Part shown: piece after piece, positions 1 through 9,075 of the stretch
Layout of the letters: each line of letters opens with the position of its first letter
Numbering within the stretch: position 1 is the stretch's first letter
DNA from: Candidatus Cloacimonadota bacterium
GTDB taxonomy: Bacteria; Cloacimonadota; Cloacimonadia; G963667145
Direction of reading: 5' to 3'
DNA: 64,000 nt
Assembly: GCA_963667255.1 (NCBI GenBank)
Contig: OY762940.1
Span: 736,001-800,000, forward strand
Made by a program: the position numbers and the translations under genes
The notes under the pieces: model-generated
Told to the model about the DNA's origin: nothing
The model's database searches: none
Seen by the model: only the letters and a program-made list of their open reading frames with translations

Positions 1-260
1 GTAACAAAAAAATTGAGCCTTTGGACAAAATTTTTGACCAAGTGAAAATCAGAGTGGTGGCTATGGTGAGAGAGAAATTGGTTATGGAGTATCTAAACTC
101 CATGAAAAAAGATATCACTATTTACGAGGGTGCTATCAACGATTTTGTGTATCAACATGTAAATGACGAGGTGAAGGCACAAATTGATAGTGAGAAGAAG
201 AATGCCGAAAAAGAGGAAGTGGTTGAGAGCGAGGAAGAGACTAAAACTGAATCTGAATAG
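1..260 (+). CDS. 3' end of a gene entering the window, possibly a PrsA/SurA-like foldase C-terminus
   Basis: The frame is open from the window edge. [10 protein letters not shown]...[18 protein letters not shown] resembles parvulin-chaperone C-terminal helices, followed by an acidic tail. Confidence 0.35.
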   Translation, partial: NKKIEPLDKIFDQVKIRVVAMVREKLVMEYLNSMKKDITIYEGAINDFVYQHVNDEVKAQIDSEKKNAEKEEVVESEEETKTESE

Positions 261-268
261 TCTTTGAT

Positions 269-688
269 ATGGAGAAAGTTGTCTTTACAAACGGTTGTTT
301 CGATATTTTGCATTTCGGGCATGTGGCTTATTTGCAAGAGGCGGCTTCTTTGGGCGACAGATTGGTGGTCGGACTGAATAGCGATGCATCTGTCAAAAGG
401 CTAAAAGGCGACAATCGACCGATTAATTCCCAAGACGAGAGAAAGGCTGTCCTTGAGGCTCTGTCTTGCGTGGATGAGGTTGTTGTTTTTGATGAAGATA
501 CCCCTATCGAGCTTATTAAAAAGGTGAAGCCTGATGTTTTGGTTAAAGGTGGTGATTGGTCGCCGGAGCAAATTGTTGGCAGCGATTTTGTGTTGGCACG
601 AGGTGGAGAGGTCAGAAGCCTTAAATTTGTTGATGGGTTTTCCTCTACCGGAGTGATTGAGAAAATTTTGGAAGTGTATGGAAGATAA
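269..688 (+). CDS. rfaE2: D-glycero-beta-D-manno-heptose 1-phosphate adenylyltransferase (stand-alone HldE domain II)
   Basis: Motifs [30 protein letters not shown] and KGGDW. Confidence 0.93.
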   Translation: MEKVVFTNGCFDILHFGHVAYLQEAASLGDRLVVGLNSDASVKRLKGDNRPINSQDERKAVLEALSCVDEVVVFDEDTPIELIKKVKPDVLVKGGDWSPEQIVGSDFVLARGGEVRSLKFVDGFSSTGVIEKILEVYGR

Positions 689-1067
689 TCAAGAATTTGG
701 TGTTGTTAAGTCTCGTGAAGGTAAGGTATATACTTTGGAGTTGGGCAATAATAGCGGTTGCCATGGTTGTCTTTTGGCGGGTGTTTGTAATCGTCAGGGG
801 AAGATTGTAAAGGTCAATTCCGATTTGGAAATGGAGATTGGCGAAAAAGTTTCCTTGGAAGTCAAAGCAAGTGACAGGATTCTTTCCTCTTTCGTCGTTT
901 TTGTCGTTCCCATTATTTTGATGATATGTTTCTATTTTTTGGGTGGTCTGTTTCTTGATGGGCAAACTAAACCAACTTTCTTCTCCTTCTTGGGACTTAT
1001 TCTCGGGGCTTTGGTTATCAGATTTGTTGATAAGAGAGCTAAAATTGAAGTGGAGATAACGAAATGA
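678..1067 (+). CDS. RseC/MucC family (SoxR-reducing system) membrane protein
   Basis: CxxCxxxxxC motif ([10 protein letters not shown]) followed by two TM helices; ATG at 678 preferred as start. Confidence 0.75.
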   Translation: MEDNQEFGVVKSREGKVYTLELGNNSGCHGCLLAGVCNRQGKIVKVNSDLEMEIGEKVSLEVKASDRILSSFVVFVVPIILMICFYFLGGLFLDGQTKPTFFSFLGLILGALVIRFVDKRAKIEVEITK

Positions 1068-1789
1068 TTGCCAGTATTATTTTGGCAGCAGGCAAGGGAA
1101 CTCGCATGAATTCCACTCTTCCTAAGGTTGCTATCGATTTTGCGGGTAAACCGATGATTAACAGAGTCATTGAAGTTGCCGAGAGTTTTGGCAGTGAGCG
1201 GATTTGTGTGGTGGTTGGTTACAAAAAAGATATTGTTAAGTCGGTAATAACCGCTCCAAATATTGAGTTTGTTGAGCAAAAACAGCAGTTGGGAACGGGA
1301 GATGCTGTTGGGGTTTGCAGAGACGCTTTGTCGGATTTTGACGGAACTTTGGTTGTTTTGTGTGGAGATACTCCCGTCTTGCAGGCGGAAACGATTACGG
1401 AGCTTATCGATTACCATCAAAGCAGAAAATATAAGTGCACGGTGTTGACGACGAAAATGGATAATCCTGCCAGTTATGGACGAATTGTTCGTGATGTAAA
1501 TGGCGATTTGCAAGAGATAGTGGAGTTCAAGGACGCTTCCGAGCGAGTAAGAAATATAGATGAAATTAATAGCGGGATTTACTGTTTTGATGCTCGGGCA
1601 CTTTTTTCGGCTTTGCAATTGGTGAGGAGCGATAACGCTCAAGGCGAATATTATTTGACGGACACTATAGCCATTTTGAAATCACAAGGTCACAAGGTCG
1701 GAGCTTTTATTTGCAAAAATTCCATAGAGATTACGGGAATTAATTCCATGGATGAGCTGCAAGAGTTGGAGAAATCTTTTCCCGACTAA
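1064..1789 (+). CDS. GlmU-like N-acetylglucosamine-1-phosphate uridylyltransferase, N-terminal domain only
   Basis: ILAAGKGTRMNS.LPK, QLGTGDAV, YGRIVRD, EINSGIYCF and NAQGEYYLTD; no hexapeptide acetyltransferase domain. Confidence 0.88.
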   Translation: MIASIILAAGKGTRMNSTLPKVAIDFAGKPMINRVIEVAESFGSERICVVVGYKKDIVKSVITAPNIEFVEQKQQLGTGDAVGVCRDALSDFDGTLVVLCGDTPVLQAETITELIDYHQSRKYKCTVLTTKMDNPASYGRIVRDVNGDLQEIVEFKDASERVRNIDEINSGIYCFDARALFSALQLVRSDNAQGEYYLTDTIAILKSQGHKVGAFICKNSIEITGINSMDELQELEKSFPD

Positions 1790-3759
1790 TTTTGCGGTGT
1801 AATTCTTTTTTCTTTATATAAACTGTAAGCACTTTGCTCTATCGCATAAACCTTTTTGAGTAAAGTTTCCTTTAATTTAGGTTTGTTTTCTATCTCTTCA
1901 TTTTCCCAAAGGCTGTAAAGTTTGGTTTCTTTGTCCCCAAATTCTCCGGTAAGATAGTATCTGCCTTGCAAATACCCGAATTTTGAGTTTCGGACAATCA
2001 CAGCATAATCTTTGGTTTTAGATTTTTCTAATAAATTTTTTCCCCAAAAACTGGCACTATAATTCATATTCAATATTCCCAAAATGGTAGGAGCAATGTC
2101 CATTTGGTTGGCTATGTGTGTGATTTTCTTGGGAGATAAATACTTTGGAGCGTAGAAGAGTGCAGGGACAAAAGATTTTCTATAATCAAAAGGGAAATCA
2201 TGATGAAGAGTCTGCGAGTGGTCCCCGACAAAGACAAAGAGAGTGTTATCAAAATAAGGTTTTGTCTTCATCTTTTTTATAAATTTACCGATGCACCAAT
2301 CGACATATTTAAAAGTGTTGTAGTTGTCGTTTAGCTCGCCTCCGTCCAACACTTGCCCGAAAGCGTAATGAGGGACTGTGTATGGAGGATGGTTTGTCAG
2401 GCTCATCATGGTAAGCAAGAAAGGCTTTTTATCCGAATATGCTTTATCAGCTTTTTCTATGAGTTTATCAAAAACAAATTCGTCGGGAACGCCCCACTTG
2501 GAGATAAAATCTCCTCTATCAAAATCGCTTTGGTCAACAAAATTATCGAATCCCTTGGAGATAAAAAATCCTTTCATATTGTCATATTGCACATCTCCTC
2601 CGTAGCAGAACCAAGTTTGATAACCTTTGTCTTTCAAAACGGAAGCCAAAGTGCTCATCGTTTGTTGCCCTTCAGTTTGATGCATTATGGACTTTCCTAC
2701 AAGCGGTGGCCAAGAGCAAAGAATGGCAGACAGCCCTTTGTTTGTTCTTTGTCCGCAGGAGAAGAATTGCGTGCATAATACGCCATTTTTTGATAGAGCA
2801 TCAAAGTATGGGGTTAGCTTTTTGTCATATCCAGTAGCCCCTGTAAGTTCTGCCGAGAAAGTCTCCAAGATAATTAAGACGACATTTAGTTTTCTCGCTT
2901 TTTTTGATGAAGTAATTCGTTTGTAAAAAGGGAAATTTTCATCGAGATAACCACCTTGGGTTATGTTGTTCTTTACAAAGGAAATAGCGTCTTTATTTGA
3001 GTCGAAGAGTGAAATTTTTTCTTGGAAGTTCTCTTTTGCGGTTTTTTCGGCATAATAGATATTTCGGTAGAGGTTGTAAACAGGGTTGAGTGTCAGTTGG
3101 TTGAGCATATTATTGGTGGAAAAAAAAGCTCCTCCCCAGTTCAGTTGATTGGTGCCGATAGAGCCTCGTGCTGCCACAAAAAGCCCTCCTGCAAAAACCA
3201 AAAAAAACACAAATCTTTTGAGAAGATTCTTGAAAGAAAATTTTGTTTTAATGGGCATGCTTTTTATAACTAAGTGAATGATAAACAAATAGATAAGGGC
3301 AACAATTAAAAAGCCTCCCAAATATTTTAGGATAGGATATTTAGACCAAATCATATCCCACAGCACATCCAAATTACTGTTCAAATATTCGATAGCGGTC
3401 AGATTTAGGTGGGAATTGTATTCGGCAAAAAATTCAACATCGATTAGCGTAAGAGCCAGCACTATCACGAAGATAAGCGAAGGCAAATAGCCCAAAATGA
3501 AGCGGGAAATTTTGGAAAACTCCACACCGAGAAAGGGGATTATGCCGATTAGAAAGAAAGGAGCTATGAGATATGCCAGCAAACTGCAATCCATTTTTGC
3601 ACCGATTAAGAAGGCTTTCAAAAGCTCTTGCCAAGGGATTTCGGGGAAACTGTATTGAAATTTGTAATAGAATAAGCCTCTTGCGAGTGCCAAAAAAATC
3701 AAATCAATTATAAAAAGTTTCAGGAAAAATCTGTAGTTGTAGGGAATTAAATTTCTCAT
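1786..3759 (-). CDS. LTA synthase / phosphoglycerol transferase family (alkaline phosphatase superfamily) membrane protein
   Basis: Five N-terminal TM helices, NVVLIILETFS, catalytic Thr in GQRT, LTNHPPY and FVGDH. Confidence 0.88.
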   Translation of the reverse strand: MRNLIPYNYRFFLKLFIIDLIFLALARGLFYYKFQYSFPEIPWQELLKAFLIGAKMDCSLLAYLIAPFFLIGIIPFLGVEFSKISRFILGYLPSLIFVIVLALTLIDVEFFAEYNSHLNLTAIEYLNSNLDVLWDMIWSKYPILKYLGGFLIVALIYLFIIHLVIKSMPIKTKFSFKNLLKRFVFFLVFAGGLFVAARGSIGTNQLNWGGAFFSTNNMLNQLTLNPVYNLYRNIYYAEKTAKENFQEKISLFDSNKDAISFVKNNITQGGYLDENFPFYKRITSSKKARKLNVVLIILETFSAELTGATGYDKKLTPYFDALSKNGVLCTQFFSCGQRTNKGLSAILCSWPPLVGKSIMHQTEGQQTMSTLASVLKDKGYQTWFCYGGDVQYDNMKGFFISKGFDNFVDQSDFDRGDFISKWGVPDEFVFDKLIEKADKAYSDKKPFLLTMMSLTNHPPYTVPHYAFGQVLDGGELNDNYNTFKYVDWCIGKFIKKMKTKPYFDNTLFVFVGDHSQTLHHDFPFDYRKSFVPALFYAPKYLSPKKITHIANQMDIAPTILGILNMNYSASFWGKNLLEKSKTKDYAVIVRNSKFGYLQGRYYLTGEFGDKETKLYSLWENEEIENKPKLKETLLKKVYAIEQSAYSLYKEKRITPQN

Positions 3760-4238
3760 AAAATGTTGTCCTTATTAATGAAATTTGTTATTTCTTCTAT
3801 TTCTGTGTTGGCGTTGTAAACAGGCAAAGAGTTGTATTTTAGGAAGCAGTTTGAGTATATTCCGCTCAAAAAATCAACGCCTCGTAAGTCGGCATTGTTC
3901 AGCTCTTTTTCGTCAACTGCACAAAAAATTTTGTAATCGTATTTTTTTTCGAGATTCTCTCCGATTAAAAAATCGGTATCAAGTTTGGATAAAATCTCGC
4001 TAAAGTTCGTTTTTTCGTTCAAGTAAAAAAAAGTATTTTCCGCATCTTGAGCGATGATAGAATCTGCTCCGGCTTGTTTTGCTCTGCCTGTATCGGAGTT
4101 TTTCCTGTCCAACGAGATAGTCGGGGAAAACTTCAGATAGGCGACTTTGCAGTTTTGTTTTTTAAAAAAGTTTATTAATTTCACCGCTGTGGTGGTTTTG
4201 CCGGATTTTTTGGTGCCACAAATAGAAACGATTTTCAT
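3756..4238 (-). CDS. MobB-like P-loop protein (molybdopterin-guanine dinucleotide biosynthesis protein B family)
   Basis: GTKKSGKTT Walker A motif and D+KNSDT.R..AGA motif. Confidence 0.7.
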   Translation of the reverse strand: MKIVSICGTKKSGKTTTAVKLINFFKKQNCKVAYLKFSPTISLDRKNSDTGRAKQAGADSIIAQDAENTFFYLNEKTNFSEILSKLDTDFLIGENLEKKYDYKIFCAVDEKELNNADLRGVDFLSGIYSNCFLKYNSLPVYNANTEIEEITNFINKDNIL

Positions 4239-5302
4239 TTTTTCTGTAGAAGCTCTTTTATTTTAGCGGTTACTCGTTGAGAAGATTTGTCATCGCAATA
4301 ATCGTAAATCATCCTCTTGTCATCCTCAATAAGTGCCAAGCGTTCATCGTCGGGCTCGCAAACTTTTCCCAAAGCATCGGTTAGTTCTTGCGGAGAGTTT
4401 ATGTGGACAAAACTTTTCAGCCACGAATTGATATCCTCTTGCAATACTGGTTGCCCATCGGAGTGCTTGTCGTTCGTATTGTAAATGATGCCAGACTTAT
4501 TCATCGCCAAAAATTCGTTCATTACGCTCGAACCCTCCGTGATAATCGCATCGGAAGCCACCATATAAGGCATTATGTTTACTTCGGCTTCAGGAACCAA
4601 AATCAAATGCGGATTGTGTTTGGCGATTTTTTCCACAAAGCGATGTTGCTTGTGGCTGGCATATTTCCCTGCCCACGAATACGGATGGAGTTTGATAATT
4701 ACATTGTAATCTTGGCAATTCGCCAGTTCGGGAGTCAGGTCGAAAATGGAAGTCGGCTTGTATGACGGAGCGTAAAGCACTATCTTTTTTTGCGGGTCGA
4801 GCCCCAGTTTTTTTACCACTTCATCGCGACTGTATTTCCCGTTGAACAATTGGTCGAGTTTTGGCAACCCGAGAGCAAAAATGTCGTTGGGGTCTAAATA
4901 CTTCTCCAAAAGCTTTTTGCGATATTGCCCTTCCACGAAGCGAATGTAGCGGACTTTGCCGGCTTGTTCGGCGAGTTTTCTGTATCTTTGAGTTTTGATG
5001 CTGACCGCATGCTCTATATTGCAAAGCAGAGCGTTAGTAAACTCTTGCGGATTTTTCAGAGTGTCGCCACAAATTATGGCATCAAATCCGTGAGTTTGTG
5101 AAGTTATGGGGAAGTCTTTGAAACTTTTGGCAATTTTTTTAGTCTGTGAAAGCAAAAATACACCCCAAAAGCGTTTTTGCATTTTGCCAATTCTCAAGTG
5201 TAACTCAAACTGTGGGTCTTTGCTCATCTCTTCCCAGAGGGGAGCGAAACTCATCCAGTAATACTCTTGGACTAAATCGAAAAGAATTTTGAATTTTTGC
5301 AT
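4235..5302 (-). CDS. CDP-glycerol glycerophosphotransferase (TagB/TagF-like) family protein
   Basis: GLPKLD, LYAPSY, IIKLHP and SDAIITEGSSVMNEF. Confidence 0.8.
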   Translation of the reverse strand: MQKFKILFDLVQEYYWMSFAPLWEEMSKDPQFELHLRIGKMQKRFWGVFLLSQTKKIAKSFKDFPITSQTHGFDAIICGDTLKNPQEFTNALLCNIEHAVSIKTQRYRKLAEQAGKVRYIRFVEGQYRKKLLEKYLDPNDIFALGLPKLDQLFNGKYSRDEVVKKLGLDPQKKIVLYAPSYKPTSIFDLTPELANCQDYNVIIKLHPYSWAGKYASHKQHRFVEKIAKHNPHLILVPEAEVNIMPYMVASDAIITEGSSVMNEFLAMNKSGIIYNTNDKHSDGQPVLQEDINSWLKSFVHINSPQELTDALGKVCEPDDERLALIEDDKRMIYDYCDDKSSQRVTAKIKELLQKK

Positions 5303-5304
5303 AA

Positions 5305-6480
5305 TTACTTGCTATTGAGTGCGTTATCCAAAGCTATTATCAAATCGTCGCAATCTTCCAAGCCGATAGACAGGCGAATCATGGAGGGTGTCAGCCCAAA
5401 TTTTGCCAACTCTTCTTGCGGATAGCAGAAGTGTGTCATGGCGGCAGGCACCTCTATCAGCGATTCGCAATCTCCCAAAGAGACGGCTAAGCTGAAGATA
5501 TCCAATTCGTTAGCAAATTTTACGGCTCGGTCTAATCCGCCTTTTATCTCAAAACTGATGATAGCTCCGAACTTTCCCGACATCTGTTTGTCGGCGATTT
5601 CGTGATTTTTGAAATTAGTCAGTCCCGGGTAAGAGACATTTTGCACGGTAGGGTGATTGTTCAGAAACTCCGCAATTTTTTTGGCTGACTCACAGTGTCT
5701 CTCCATTCGTAGTCCCAGAGTTTTTATCCCTCGCAGAGTGAGGAAGGCGTTGAATGGGCTCATCACTCCGCCGAGTTCGCACATATAGTCGAACTTCAGT
5801 TTGTTAATGTATTCCAAATCTTTGGAAATAGCAACTCCGCCCAAAGCATCGCCGTGTCCGCAGAGATATTTGCTGCTACTATGCACCACGACATCGCATC
5901 CCAAGTCCAAAGGATTGGTCAGACAAGGAGTGGCAAAAGTGTTGTCGATTACAACTTTCAGCTTGTTTTTATGGGCGATTTTGCAAATTTCGGCGATGTC
6001 GATTATGTCCAAAGTCGGATTTGCGGGAGTCTCAAAATAAACAACTTTAGTGTTTGGAGTTATTGCATTTTGCAGGTTGAGAGCATCTGTTAAATCGGCG
6101 AATTTGGAAGAAACTTTGTATCTTGGCAAGAGATTGGAAATAACGCTATAAGATGAGCCGTAGATGGTTTTGTGGGCGATTACTTCATCTTGAGGATTGA
6201 GCAGAGAGAGCAGTGTTGATGAGATGGCAGCCATTCCTGAGGCGAAAGCTACCGCCCCTGCTCCGTTTTCCAGTTGAGTCATTTTCTCTTCAAACTCTCG
6301 TAATGTTGGGTTGTTGCCTCTGGTGTAAACAAAGTCGTTGCTCTGAAAATTCATCACCTTTTGCACATCTTCTACAGAGTCGAAGCAAAAAGTGGAACTC
6401 ATTGCTATTGGAGAGTTTAGAGCGTTATACGGATTTTTTCGGTGTTTTGCAAAATGAATGGCTTTGGTATCGAATTTCAT
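5305..6480 (-). CDS. PLP-dependent methionine gamma-lyase / cystathionine gamma-synthase family enzyme
   Basis: YTRGNNPT, FASGMAAI, DNTFATP, HSSSKYLCGHGD (PLP Lys) and LAVSLGD. Confidence 0.92.
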   Translation of the reverse strand: MKFDTKAIHFAKHRKNPYNALNSPIAMSSTFCFDSVEDVQKVMNFQSNDFVYTRGNNPTLREFEEKMTQLENGAGAVAFASGMAAISSTLLSLLNPQDEVIAHKTIYGSSYSVISNLLPRYKVSSKFADLTDALNLQNAITPNTKVVYFETPANPTLDIIDIAEICKIAHKNKLKVVIDNTFATPCLTNPLDLGCDVVVHSSSKYLCGHGDALGGVAISKDLEYINKLKFDYMCELGGVMSPFNAFLTLRGIKTLGLRMERHCESAKKIAEFLNNHPTVQNVSYPGLTNFKNHEIADKQMSGKFGAIISFEIKGGLDRAVKFANELDIFSLAVSLGDCESLIEVPAAMTHFCYPQEELAKFGLTPSMIRLSIGLEDCDDLIIALDNALNSK

Positions 6481-6610
6481 TCAAGTTCCCTCGTAAATTT
6501 TGTTGTAAACAAGTTTTCGGGATATTAGGTGTCAAGACAAATTATGTTGACAATTAACTTTCAATCTGATGAGTAGGAGAGGACGGGAATGTAAATGGTA
6601 GGAGATAATT

Positions 6611-7864
6611 TTGCAAGAGATAAGAAACAAAATGATGAAAGCGGGTTTGCCCGCGAGAGTTATAGAGGATTTCCTTTTTTATCGGCAATCGGTGTTGAAT
6701 GGCGAGAGCAGTTATTTGCGGGAAAGTGATATTGCCCCTCTAACAGACGATGATTTGGTAAGATACGAGCAATTGGAGTCGTCTGATTATGCACAAGAGA
6801 TAGCGATAATTAAACTGAACGGCGGACTTGGAACTTCGATGGGGTTGACCAAAGCCAAGAGCCTTATCAATGTGAAAGAAGATTTGTCGTTTTTGGATAT
6901 AATCGCCAAGCAAATCCAGTGTGCGGATTGTGACATTCCGCTCATTTTGATGAACAGCTTTGCTACGGAAGAGGACAGTTTGCAATTTTTGAGCAAATAC
7001 GATTTTCTGGCAAAACAGGATTTTCCCCTTAGTTTTTTGCAAAACAAATATCCGCGACTTCTCAGGCAAGATTTGTCTCTGTGCGATTTTGCTGAGGAGC
7101 AGTTGAATTGGTCTCCGCCCGGGCATGGCGATATTTACACTGCGTTGGCTACAAGTGGGTTGTTGGACAGATTGTTGGACAGAGGTGTGAAGTTCGTTTT
7201 CATCTCCAATGTTGACAATTTGGGTGCGTGTTTTGACCCGAAAATCTTGCACTATTTCGTTCAGAGCAAGTTGGATTTGCTGATGGAGGTTTGCACAAGA
7301 ACTCCGATGGACAAAAAAGGTGGTCATCTGGCACGGAAAAACGGGAAATTGATTTTGCGGGAAGTGGCTCAAACCAAAGAAGAAGATTTACCGCATTTTC
7401 AAAATATCGACAAATATAAGTATTTTAACACCAATAGCTTGTGGTTAAATTTGCAATCGCTGAGCAAGATGAAAACGCTTAGATTGCCGTTGATAGTAAA
7501 TCCGAAAACTGTAGAGGGAAAAGAGATTGTTCAACTGGAAACCGCAATGGGTTCTGCTATCTCCGTTTTCGGCAAAACAAAAGCTTTGTTGGTGCCTCGC
7601 ACGCGATTTATGCCTGTGAAAAAGACTAACGATTTGCTACTGATGCGGTCAGATTTTTTTTCGCTTGATAGCAAGTTTAAATTGTTGCCTTACAACGAGA
7701 TTTTGCCGACAATAGAGTTGAATTCCGATTATTACGGGACTTTGGAACAGATGGAAGAGAAATTCAAAATTGTTCCTTCTCTGAAAAAATGTGAAAGCCT
7801 AATTTTAAAAAACGAATATCTGTTTGACAAACCGCAGGAGTTTATTGGTAATTGCATTCTATAA
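6611..7864 (+). CDS. UTP--glucose-1-phosphate uridylyltransferase, eukaryote-like UDPGP family
   Basis: KLNGGLGTSMG, PPGHGDIY, SNVDNLGA, KKGGHL, QLETAMG and RFMPVK; AGGAG SD before the TTG start. Confidence 0.9.
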   Translation: MQEIRNKMMKAGLPARVIEDFLFYRQSVLNGESSYLRESDIAPLTDDDLVRYEQLESSDYAQEIAIIKLNGGLGTSMGLTKAKSLINVKEDLSFLDIIAKQIQCADCDIPLILMNSFATEEDSLQFLSKYDFLAKQDFPLSFLQNKYPRLLRQDLSLCDFAEEQLNWSPPGHGDIYTALATSGLLDRLLDRGVKFVFISNVDNLGACFDPKILHYFVQSKLDLLMEVCTRTPMDKKGGHLARKNGKLILREVAQTKEEDLPHFQNIDKYKYFNTNSLWLNLQSLSKMKTLRLPLIVNPKTVEGKEIVQLETAMGSAISVFGKTKALLVPRTRFMPVKKTNDLLLMRSDFFSLDSKFKLLPYNEILPTIELNSDYYGTLEQMEEKFKIVPSLKKCESLILKNEYLFDKPQEFIGNCIL

Positions 7865-7899
7865 TGGATAGAAATATAAACGATTTCAAGGAGAGGGAA

Positions 7900-9075
7900 A
7901 TGTTAAGTAAAAGAGCAACCGATATTAAGTCTTCACCGACCATGGCTGTGGCTGCCAAAGCTAAGCAGATGGTTTCACAAGGTATTGATGTGGTAAATTT
8001 TGGAGTTGGTGAGCCGGATTTCAATACCCCTGATTATATAAAAGAAGCAGGTAAAAAAGCGATTGATGATAATTTCACAAGATATACGCCTGCACCCGGT
8101 ATGCCAGAGTTGAAAAAAGCTATTGCCAAAAAGTTCAAAGAGCAAAACGGTTTGGACTTTGAGCCTGACCAAATAATTGTTTCGCCAGGGGGCAAAGCCA
8201 GCCTGTTTTATTTGATGTTTACCATTTGTGATGAGGGGGAGAAAATAATTGTTCCTGCTCCTTATTGGGTGACATATCCTGCTCAAATCGAGCTTTCACA
8301 AGGGATACCTGTGATTCTTGAGACCAAACAGAAAAATGATTTCAAAATCGATATAAACGAGCTTAAATCTTTGGTAGCCAAAGAGGGTAAGATAAAAGCG
8401 ATTATCATTAACTCTCCGTCCAATCCTACCGGTGCTGTATATACCAAAGAGGAGTTGAAAGCTATTGGCGATTTTTGTGTTGAGAAAAATATTTTGATTA
8501 TTTCCGATGAGATATATGAAGAGCTTGTTTACGAAGGCAAACATGTATCGATTGCCGAGTGTTCGGACGAAATCAAAAAATTGACTGTAGTTGTGAACGG
8601 AGCTTCCAAAGCGTATGCGATGACAGGCTGGCGTTTGGGATATACAGCCGGTCCAAAAGAGATTATCACCAAGATGGGTAGTATCCAGTCGCAAGTTTCT
8701 TCCAATGTCAACTCTATCAGCCAAAAAGCTTTCATCACAGCTTTGGAAGTGAAAACTGACGATATTGACAAGATGCGAACAGAGTTTGCAACTCGAAGAA
8801 AGTTTATGATATCCGAGTTCAACAAAATCGACGGAATCAAATGCTCTATGCCTACAGGGGCTTTTTATGCTTTCCCCGATATTTCCGCTTATCTCGGCAC
8901 TAAAGTGAAAGATGACTTGGAGTTTTGTAATTATATGCTGGAGAATTTTCACATTGCCATCGTTCCGGGTTCTGCATTCGGTGCTCTGGGGTGCGTGAGA
9001 TTCTCTTATGCCAATTCCATGGAAAACTTGGTTGAAGGTATCAAGAGGTTTAAAGAAGGATTAAAAAGCCTATAA
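7900..9075 (+). CDS. aspC: Aspartate aminotransferase (class I/II PLP-dependent)
   Basis: GEPDFNTP, NSPSNPTG, SDEIYE and SKAYAMTGWRLGY; ATG at 7900 after AAGGAGAG. Confidence 0.9.
   Translation: MLSKRATDIKSSPTMAVAAKAKQMVSQGIDVVNFGVGEPDFNTPDYIKEAGKKAIDDNFTRYTPAPGMPELKKAIAKKFKEQNGLDFEPDQIIVSPGGKASLFYLMFTICDEGEKIIVPAPYWVTYPAQIELSQGIPVILETKQKNDFKIDINELKSLVAKEGKIKAIIINSPSNPTGAVYTKEELKAIGDFCVEKNILIISDEIYEELVYEGKHVSIAECSDEIKKLTVVVNGASKAYAMTGWRLGYTAGPKEIITKMGSIQSQVSSNVNSISQKAFITALEVKTDDIDKMRTEFATRRKFMISEFNKIDGIKCSMPTGAFYAFPDISAYLGTKVKDDLEFCNYMLENFHIAIVPGSAFGALGCVRFSYANSMENLVEGIKRFKEGLKSL

Noticed and set aside
6481..6610. SAM riboswitch or T-box upstream of the Met gamma-lyase-like gene
   Set aside because: The 130-bp gap shows only divergent TTGACA promoter-like motifs and no aptamer consensus.
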